Assembly (NCBI GenBank): GCA_010015805.1
Contig: ML978121.1
Span: 1,798,001 to 1,862,000 of the forward strand
Reading direction: 5' to 3'
DNA length: 64,000 nt
Origin: Rhizodiscina lignyota
Lineage: Eukaryota
Shown: one piece after another, positions 13,646 through 22,565 of the stretch
Layout: every line of letters starts with the position of its first letter
Numbering within the stretch: the stretch's first letter is position 1
Made by a program: the position numbers and the translations under genes
Notes under the pieces: model-generated
The model's database searches: none
Told to the model about the DNA's origin: nothing
Seen by the model: only the letters and a program-made list of their open reading frames with translations

Positions 13646-14498
13646 ATGCCGAATACCCTGTTGTGCCTCCTTTTGGCGGGTTTCGCCTTCGGGCTCCCAC
13701 AGTTTCCAAAGTCTCCACCTTTCCATCCTGTCAGTCCAGTGTGTGAAGCTACTTTGACGGTACGATATGGTGAATCCAGCCCCGATCAGTTGACATGATA
13801 TTCACATGTGTTTAGTTCGACAACTACACCGGACTATGGCCCAAACCGAAATCAATTCGACACCTTCCAAGTCTCTCATCCGTCAACTCGACCTTCCAGA
13901 CCCTTACGCGATGGGCTTCCGCATGAACAACTGGGGCGTCGTCACTCAAGTGGGCCGCAACTCCGCTTACAAGACCGACACGCCTCCGAACGTCATCGGC
14001 TATGGCGGTGAGAGTCTCGCGGCTGCAGGCCCGGCTGGCATGACCATCATCGACCACACCATCGAAAGCTTCATGCCGCAGTCGTTTGGCTTCTTCTGCA
14101 GCATCAACCAGTTCACCACTCAGGTCCCAGGCTTTCCACCCGTCAACTGCGTCATCAAGGCGACGTGCCACAAAGCTGGCGGACAGACGGCCACTCAGAC
14201 CTTCCGCTTCACAGGCGGTGGACACAAGAGCCCTGTTACTCTCCAGAGGGCCAAGTTCAACAGCAAGTACGGCCTCCGTGAATGCACGTCGCTTTCCTTC
14301 ACCGCCACAACTGCTCGCAGCGACCTCTTAAACGCTCTTGTCGCTGCCTTGGGCAAGACGAAGGGTCTGGCAAAGGCCAAGGCGCTGCAGAAGATTTCGG
14401 CCCCGCTCACTTTCGTCGTCGGTCTCGACACTTTCAGGGTGGAGAAGACGTTTGAAAGTGGCAAGAGGCCAACGTACTGCGGAACCCAGAAGTCTTGA
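13646..14498 (+). CDS. Putative secreted Cys-containing protein; splice/frame ambiguous
   Basis: Signal-peptide-like MPNTLLCLLLAGFAFG, an intron ending TTTAG at 13815, then a codon-biased 230-aa frame (LPDPY..., FMPQSFGFFC, VVGLDTFRV). The frame joins only with the GTGAAT donor at 13770 (see findings). Confidence 0.65.
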
Positions 14499-15185
14499 TC
14501 TTGCATGATGCTAGCACTTCAGAGGGAAGAGGAGAAGATGTCTGAAAATAGATAATCTTGTTTGATATGCTGGGCATGCCTAAAAATCTGGTGGACGATG
14601 GAAAGCCGAAATGAGCAGTTGAATTGTGGGTTTGCGTTTTGTTTCATCATAGCTTTCAGCATGCAAAAATGACAACAGTGTTCTGCCCAAATCTCTCTCT
14701 CAGATATCATCAACTCCTAATTGTGGGTATCAAGTTAGGGTAGTCAAGTTTCAAAAAGACGATGAAGTATTTACTTATGCTTGTCCCGACGGTAGTTCTG
14801 TCCATTTCCAGAAGTCAAAACATGTCTCAAGGGCCTCCATCGTCTCGGCAAAGGAGAAATAAAGACGATTTGGGCTCCACTGGGCCCCCCGAATATCGAA
14901 AAAGTGATCGCGGGGGGTGACTGCTTTGCGGTTGCCAGTAGATCTACGGCGACTACCCCAAAATTGCGTATTACTCCAATCTACCTACCACTTCCTATGG
15001 CCCTCTTTAGTTAGCGTCGTATAGCTCATTTATCATAATTGCTTAGGTTTCTACGGATAGCTATAGCTAGAATAATTCCTTAGAATTTAATGAAGGGGAG
15101 CTGTAAGAGTTACAGTACTGGTCCTAATGGCTTCGATTAAGACCATCCAGTTATGTTCGCCCGGGTTCTGTCAATCATCTCGGTC

Positions 15186-17850
15186 TCAGTCTTCTTTGTC
15201 GTTCCTGTTCGAGCCGTTGTCATCATCCAAGCTCGAGCCCTCATTAGTCGAATCTGAGTCCTCGTTATCATCTAAGCCTAAATCGTACTCGGCTTCCTCG
15301 TCAGAGTCTTCCTCATCGTCCGTGAAGACTTCATGAAGCCTCGATCCAGGTGGCCAGACAGGCACATCGTCATAGTAGGGACATAGATGCTCGAACCCAC
15401 TCCAGAGCCGTTCAAAAGTTGCCCTAGAATATCTTCTCGAATATCTTGGTTTGCGAGGAAATCCTCTCCGCATCTCATACAAATTGTAGCCCCGGCGGGC
15501 CAGGGCAGCGTCCCATAAGTCTCCACGGTATCCACCGCACTCCTTAACGCTGCTAGTATAAGCGTAGTGCGATACCGAGTGTCCAAAGTCATCGACGGCT
15601 AAGACATCTGCGCCCTTATCGATTAAGAGGGTCAACGATGCGAGCAGTTCCGTGTTATTAGGATTGGCCCAGGTGACACTGTAGTGGAGACACGTCATGC
15701 CCACGTAGTCTCGCGCGTGTATGTCAGCACCTCGCGCAAGGAATAACGCGAAGCTGCCTGGGTCATCCCACATCCCCATCGCCAACCTTAGAAACGGCGT
15801 ACGACCAAAGTCATCCCTCTGATGTAAGTCGACAAATTGCCCACCAAGGTCCAGTAGAAGTCGGAGCGATTCCTCCTATTGTCAGCGGGAGTGTGACATA
15901 TACTGGAAATGGTCAGCCTTACAGTCGTTCCATTATCAATGGCATTCGCTGGGTAAAAGGGCTGTTCGTCCAATGCAGGCATAGTAGGATCAGCACCAGC
16001 ACGAAGCAGAAGCCGCCAACATTCGAGAGTAGTGGATCGCTCTTTATTATTCAAGGCACAAAAGTATTTTCCTATTCCTAGAGGGCATGTGGAGTCGGGC
16101 CAGGGCATATCAGGCTCAGGAGCAACCTCATCTACATCGGCGCCATTTTCAATGAAGAATGCGCATATCTTTGGCTGATGCAGAGCATACTATAAGGTAT
16201 TAGCCCCCCTACGGAGGGTAGTTTCGAACATACTTACGTGGAGCAATGGGGTTCCTCATGAGTTTCTGTCCCTTAGAGAACATTTGCCGAGGGATATGAG
16301 ACGCTGAAGGCCCTCTAGATCTCCGGTCCGTATGAGTTTAAATATGTCTGAATTATCCAACAGAACTCTACCGATTGAAACGAAGGGGCTTGGTATGAAT
16401 AACCCAGATGGCATCGTAATTTGACGGAGTTTAGCCATGAGCACAGTTGAACTCTGAGACCGATTAGGCAAAGCCTTGATGGTAACGATGAGTTCCTTTC
16501 TTTGCGCTGGGTCTTCGGGACTCATATTCTCTCCATTGCAATTTGAGGAGTTTCTCTCGTTGACAGTGATGATTATCCTGTATGGTTCGCTGACAGCTTC
16601 CCGTGACATATATCGTTGGATGATCTTGCCCTCCGCGATTGGCGGATACTGGGCTGCCCCTGCAGAGTGATGAGCGCCTAGCATAAGTATTACTTAGAAT
16701 TGATCTAGCTCACGTTTTATGTTGATGTCAACGTTGCTAGATGCTGCATTAGCACTGCATAGTCGCTTCACGTCCCGATGGTCGATAATCTCGCCGTCGT
16801 TGTAAATTGATGTCTTTCGCTTCTTTGCTTGCGGGTCATTGTTGCTGAAAACTTCCTCTATTATATCTTGAACCAGCGACTCAAGCAAAGCAATGATGGG
16901 TTGTGCTTCTTTATTATAGATTCTGCCATTCTTTCCTTTGACGAGCTCCGAGATGCTCTGGACCTTGCTAGCCAGATCTAACCCATCTTGGTCAAGTGCA
17001 GCTTTATCTAGATGGGCAGGGTTCGATGGCCTCGAATGAGCATGAGGGATCGTGGATTGAGTTGTGGGCCCAGCAATCTGAGCTTGGAGCGCTTGAATGA
17101 GTGTGCAAACAGTCTCGCACTGTTGCCGTGAAATTTTGGGCAGAGCTTCAATCTGCTCCGTGAGGGACTGGAGTGCTTGGAATTGACTGGCCGCCAAGGT
17201 CTTGAGATCTGTAACATTGTCGTTAACAACAGATATCTTGGTGCTTTGCTCCAGCGATCGGGTGTGTTGAGGAGCATGAGGAGCAGTGTACTCGGCCAGG
17301 GTAGTATTCAGTTGGATTAGTCGGTTCTCGCAATCAAGGTTCTTGTCCCTGCTATATGATGAGCGATCAACTAAGTATAGCGACTCGAGTCGCAAGGCTA
17401 GTAGGAAATAGACCCCAGAGGCACAACGTACGATTGGAGAAGTTGCAGTTGGACCCCAAGCACTGTGCAAAGGTGATTCACTTCAGTCCATATCTGTGTG
17501 AGCTGTTTTTCTTCCAGCGTCGCCCTAAATCTCTTCCATATCTGCTTTGTCTTTAGGGAACGCTCATCAGGCTGAATCTCTTCGAGCACCTTCTCATGAC
17601 GTTTGAGATGATCGACGCAGGTTCTGATAAGCTCCTTGATATGCTGAAGATTAGCGGACGGGTCAGCTAGTATCCTGCAGCTTTGCAGCTGTGTCAAGAT
17701 CGATTCGAGATTCTTGAGAGCGGAAGCAAGTGACTCGGTTTGCTGCGATATATTTCGATAGCCGGCGATGGTCTCGTGGAGCGATTGCGTGCATTGCAGG
17801 GCAAGGGTAAGGAAAGCAAGAATACTCGCGCCGGCGCTGATAGCTTCCAT
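15186..17850 (-). pseudogene. HeLo-like (fungal STAND N-terminal) domain + ankyrin-repeat protein with one in-frame premature TGA
   Basis: Exons 17850-17432, 17348(or 17351)-16714, 16659-16238, 16189-15923, 15875-15186, all in frame (about 810 codons). N-terminus MEAISAGASILAFLTLALQC...LASALKNLESIL. Ankyrin motifs GTPLLHYA, ENGADVDE, GRTPFLR, GMTCLHY, LIDKGADVLAVDDFGHS. TGA at 16258-16256. Confidence 0.8.
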
Positions 17851-17974
17851 GCTAACTTAATGACACTGGTGGCTTGGTCTTTGCATTCATCTGGAAGTTT
17901 GAAGGCTGAGAGAATGGCGCTAGGCGTCCAAGGGAAAATCGTTTTAGCGAGGCGGACTCGGGGGGCTTTTTCTA

Positions 17975-17998
17975 TGTCGCGTTGTCGCGTTGTCGCGT
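17975..17998. promoter_or_regulatory. Triple tandem MCB-like element (TGTCGCGT)x3 = (ACGCGACA)x3 in a divergent promoter
   Basis: Three exact 8-bp copies seen directly. The ACGCG core is the established MBF (Mbp1/Res) site. Confidence 0.5.
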
Positions 17999-18517
17999 TC
18001 TTATTGATTTGATTGGGCAAGGCCAGCAAAAGCATTTCTGCTCAAGTTCCTGGCTTCTCGAGGCTGCTAGAGCGTTCTCTTCTTCCATTTCGGCATCCAC
18101 GAGAGTCAGGAATGGGCACAATTCTACTACTATTAATGTGAATTTCGGCGTATGTTCATTTTAAAGCGAAGAGGATGCGCTTGCGAATCCGCAACCTGTT
18201 CCAAGTGTCTCGAAAGCCTTCGCAGTAGATAGGAAACAATGCTCGCAAATCTTGTATTTAGGCTTGCCTACTGAGTTCCCTGGGATTTCTGGGTCCATGA
18301 GCGCTCAACAGCGCCTTCAGTTGTCATGTCGACAGCATCGCACCTTGCGTATTTTGAATAATGGTGTTCCGATCCCGACACTAGTTTGCATCTTCTGAAA
18401 GCGCCCCTTGCCATGAAAAGCTAGACAATTCCTCCCTCACAGTTGCCGTGTATCGCACACAGCACTCGCTAAAACCAAGTCTGTCAACGGTCAGAACTTC
18501 GCCTGAAGCAACGTCAC

Positions 18518-19645
18518 ATGCCCACGCGCCACCCACGCGTAATACTCCTCACAGGCGCCCCGCGAAGGGACGCGCTGGACTGGGAGTCGAACCAGTTGCT
18601 GGAATACCTACTGCCTGCCTTCCAAGATGCATCGCAAGGTCTTATGCGCGACCCATTATCGGTTCCAACCTCAGAGACGCCGGTATCTGCATGGCGTTCT
18701 CTTCCATTGCCGAACGCGACGAGTCAACCCGTTGCGGAGGCTGCGCAAACTCACCAACAGAATGGACCAGAAGCACAACCATTTCTCTCAACTCTCAATG
18801 GCGACGACTTCCTCGAGCATTCCTTCGCACTGAATGAGGACTTCACCTTCCCCCTGCCGACAGCGGCCACGTCGTCCGACTCGGCAGATATCGACGCTAC
18901 GACAAGTTTCGCCTACACCCTAAATGAGACCAATATCTCCATTGATGCCCTGACCCAGGATGACAGCGATCCAGCCGTAGCGCAGCTTCTTTCCCATGCT
19001 CGAATAACTGATCTGCGAGCTCTTCCGAGTGCCTCGGAGCTGACCAGATTGTACCCGCAGACCGTCACGCCGAACGTTCTAGCAGGCGTGATATCTACTT
19101 CTCCGCCTCGCAGTGTGACTATCCGGCCTCGACGGGTAGGACAAGCACCCAAAGAGATGGACATTATCGAGTTGCTGCTCGGTGATGAGAGTGCTGCGGG
19201 ATTCGGCGTCACGTTCTGGCTACAGCCCCTCAATGATTCTGTCGGACAAAGGAAAGCAAAAGACGAATCTCAAGAGAAGGCGAGGTTAGCGGCAGAAGAG
19301 GCGAAGCTACGAGCGAGGTTAACTTCGCTTCGGAGAGGCGACATCGTTCTCCTCACGCATGTTGCGCTGAGCAGTTTCAGGGGGAAAGTCTACGGGCAAA
19401 GTCTACGGCGGCGAGGCTTTGGGAGCGTGAGCACTGGAATTGTGGGATTGCCCGACAACATCGAGGTGCAGTTGGGGGCTCCGGAAGCTAATAAACTCGA
19501 GAAAGTCAGAGGTTGGGTGATGCAGTTTGTTGGTCCCAGTGCTGGTGCTGGCGAGGCGAAGAAGAGCATGAAAGGAGGAGGCGCAGAGAAGGAGCAAGGG
19601 CAGCGGATGGCAGCAAATGAAGATTTGCCTGATGATACGCAGTGA
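18518..19645 (+). CDS. OB-fold protein resembling shieldin subunit 2 (SHLD2/FAM35A)
   Basis: Intronless 375-aa ORF: N-terminal VILLTGAP...WRSLPL, acidic S/T linker, OB-fold core PNVLAGVIS...IIELLLGDES...VTFWL...GDIVLLTHV...GKVYGQS, and helix LEKVRGWVMQFV. The gene is secure; the SHLD2 assignment rests on a recalled sequence. Confidence 0.8.
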   Translation: MPTRHPRVILLTGAPRRDALDWESNQLLEYLLPAFQDASQGLMRDPLSVPTSETPVSAWRSLPLPNATSQPVAEAAQTHQQNGPEAQPFLSTLNGDDFLEHSFALNEDFTFPLPTAATSSDSADIDATTSFAYTLNETNISIDALTQDDSDPAVAQLLSHARITDLRALPSASELTRLYPQTVTPNVLAGVISTSPPRSVTIRPRRVGQAPKEMDIIELLLGDESAAGFGVTFWLQPLNDSVGQRKAKDESQEKARLAAEEAKLRARLTSLRRGDIVLLTHVALSSFRGKVYGQSLRRRGFGSVSTGIVGLPDNIEVQLGAPEANKLEKVRGWVMQFVGPSAGAGEAKKSMKGGGAEKEQGQRMAANEDLPDDTQ

Positions 19646-20144
19646 TTCCTCAAGATGTCAGACGACAGCGATCTGGTGTCTCATCATATCTAGTGTTATC
19701 TTTAAGAGTGGATCAGGCACGATTGTAGAAGAGAGAGCGAACAAGCGGGAGGTTGGACAGATGGATGAACTTCTGTTCACGCTAGCTTGTTTTGTGTCCA
19801 AGCCATCAACGGCAAATTCCGAACAGCGGCATCAGGGGTACTTTACCCTCGAGAAGGGCCGTTTTGTCTCGCCTTCAGTTACGACTTGTCATTCATCAAG
19901 AATACTAAACCATCTTCATCGTGACAACAGCAAGTATTTCCAAACGGCGTGTGCGGGAAGAGAGCTTCCTTGAAGCACTGCCAAATACTGCAGCCGAGAG
20001 ACTAAGTGACATTAAGCATTTCCTGAAGCCGGTTATAGCCGATGCCTGCTTTTCCTACCTTTCCATTTTCACATGTGGCGAAAAGAAGAGTCGTTGTCGA
20101 ACAGAACACGATCTCAGTCCGCCAAAGTTCCTCAATTGGCCCCA

Positions 20145-21877
20145 ATGTCGCACCATCTGGCTTCGAAGGGTGCTACTGAAAGCGGTGCTAACATAGATAC
20201 TACGACCGAAACGACCGGAGTCAATTCCGGATCTGTTGAGAGGAGCAAAGACGATGCTCTGGCGATAGTGGGAGAACATGCACAGCCAATTGATCCCGCG
20301 ATTGCACGCAGGGTGGTGTGGAAGATTGATATATTTCTCATTCCGGTCATGTTCATCCGTAATTCCCCCGAGTCACCTTTTCGAGACCTCCACTGACGGA
20401 CACGTAGAATATGGTTTGGTCTACTATGACAAAGTGCGCAAATAACACCCCCAAAGGGGACGAAGTTCTAATGAAATGAAGGCCATCCTAGGGAGCGCCG
20501 CCATCCTCGGGATGACAGCGGACCTCCACCTCTCCGTGACAGACACCTCCACCACTCCTCCCACAGTAAACACCTCGCGCCTCAGCTGGGCCACCTCGCT
20601 CTTCTACTTCGGCATGCTCGCCGGCCTGTACCCCATGACGTTCCTGACCCAGCGCTTCCGGCTCGCGTACGTCCTCTCGCCCGTCGTCACCGTCTGGGGC
20701 GCGGTGGCCATGAGCACGGCGGGCGTGACGACGTTCCGCGGGCTGTACGTGCAGCGCTTCTTCCTCGGCTTCGTGGAGAGCGTGATCCCGACGTGCTTCA
20801 GCTGCATCGTCGCCGGCTTCTACACGCAGGACGAGCAGGCGCTGCGGCAGAGCTGGTGGTTCAGCTCGACCGGCTTCTGGACCATCCTGGGCGGCGCCAT
20901 CAACTACGGCTTCGGCCAGATCGACGGCGGCGCGCTGGCCAAGTGGCAGTACATCTACCTCTTCGCCGGCTCGCTGACCATCCTCTTCGGCCTGTGCTGT
21001 CTCGCCATCCCGGACTCGGCCGTCACGGCGTGGTTCCTGACGCCGGAGGAGCGCGTCGTGGCCGTCGAGCGCCTCCGCAGATCGCAGACCGGCGTGCGCT
21101 GCCACGTCATCAAGAGGGAGCAACTGCTCGAGGCGCTGCTGGACATCAAAATCTGGCTTGTGTTCATAATGATGGGTTCCGCCTACACAATCAACGGTGC
21201 GGTGAGCGGCTTTGGCCCACTCATCGTGTCGACCTTTGGCTATACCACGCTCGAGTCCATCCTGCTGCAGTTCCCCCTGGGCGGCGTGACGTTCATCTTC
21301 ATCCTCCTGTGCGGATGGCTGGCGTCGCGGATCCCGAACATTCGAATCATCATGCTCGTCGTGTGCTGCCTCCCCGTGATCGCCGGCTGCGCGATGATAT
21401 GGAAGTCCGCGTGGACGCATCGAGCCGCCACGCCAGTCGCCGGGTACAGCATCATTGGATTCTTCGGGCCTGTGGTGAGCCTAGTGATCAGCATCGGCAT
21501 GGCGAATGTTGCGGGCGCGACGAAGAAGAGTTTCATGGCGGCCGCGATTTTCGTCGCGTATACGGTGGGCAATATCGTGGGGCCGCAGTTGATCAAGAGC
21601 CAGACGAAGAACAGGCATTATCCGGAGCTTTGGACCGGCCTTATCATCTGGTGAGTAGTCAGGTTCTGGTAGTATCGTTCGAAGATTTATGGAACTTACT
21701 AAGACTTTTGTCAGTTATTGCATCACGATTGCATCGTCAGCAGCTTTATACCTGGTCTTATGGCGCGCAAATAGACAGAGAGCAGCGTCTCAAGAAGATG
21801 AAGGAGACGAAAAGGATAAGGTCGCGTTCAAGGATCTGACTGACAAGGAAAACCCATACTTCATGTATGCACTGTAA
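20145..21877 (+). CDS. MFS transporter, allantoate permease (Dal5-like, ACS family)
   Basis: Exons 20145-20358, 20408-20433 (26-nt micro-exon), 20482-21650, 21715-21877. Motifs RRVVWKIDIFLIP, YYDKAILG, QRFFLGFVES, WFLTPEER, NVAGATKKS, GNIVGPQL and FKDLTDKENPYFMYAL. Confidence 0.94.
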
Positions 21878-22565
21878 GAGCTCTGAATAACAAGGCTGCT
21901 TGACAACATAGTCTTGACTGGGCGGTGCAACAAGCAAATTTGTTGTATAGAATTTGAATTCGAGGAAATTGTCGTTTCCATCCGCCATTGCATTGATTAC
22001 TATTTTGATGCTGATACTTGAATGAGAAAAGAGGCCCATTTTTTCCAATTAACCTCCGTGACCCATTCCGACACAATCCAGAATCATTCCACTTCCGTAT
22101 CGCTCGACTTTTCTCTACCCACGCATGTCAAGGGGGAAAGCAGGCAGACAACAATCGAGAGCAGCCGCCAATGTGGTCGGAAAAGCCTATGCCAAAAAGA
22201 GAAGGGCCCCTTTGAGGGTGGTGCATAACACAAGTGCAGCAGGGGGCAAACCGTGTGTGTAGGGAAGAAAGAGCAATCAAAGCAATCAAAGAGCCGGGAG
22301 ATCTTTTCGCCATGCATTCGCCAATTGAGAGTAAGCCAAGCTGAGCAACACTAGAGTCACAAGGAGCAAGCAGTCGTCAAAGCAAAAGCCCGGTAGAAAG
22401 AAGAAAGGAAATGCACGAAGCGCAAGAGAAGGAGTTTGTAAACAGGCTGATGTTCCATCGTAATCCCAAATGAACCCGTCCCAATGCAAAGCTGGGAGCT
22501 AAACGCCACAAATGTGCCCATGAAATCGGAAGCTTGCTGTGTTTGTGCGGTATGCTTGTCGTGTA

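Noticed and set aside
20488..21839. 310-aa antisense and 348-aa alternative-frame ORFs
   Set aside because: Shadow ORFs caused by extreme GC3 in the MFS gene.
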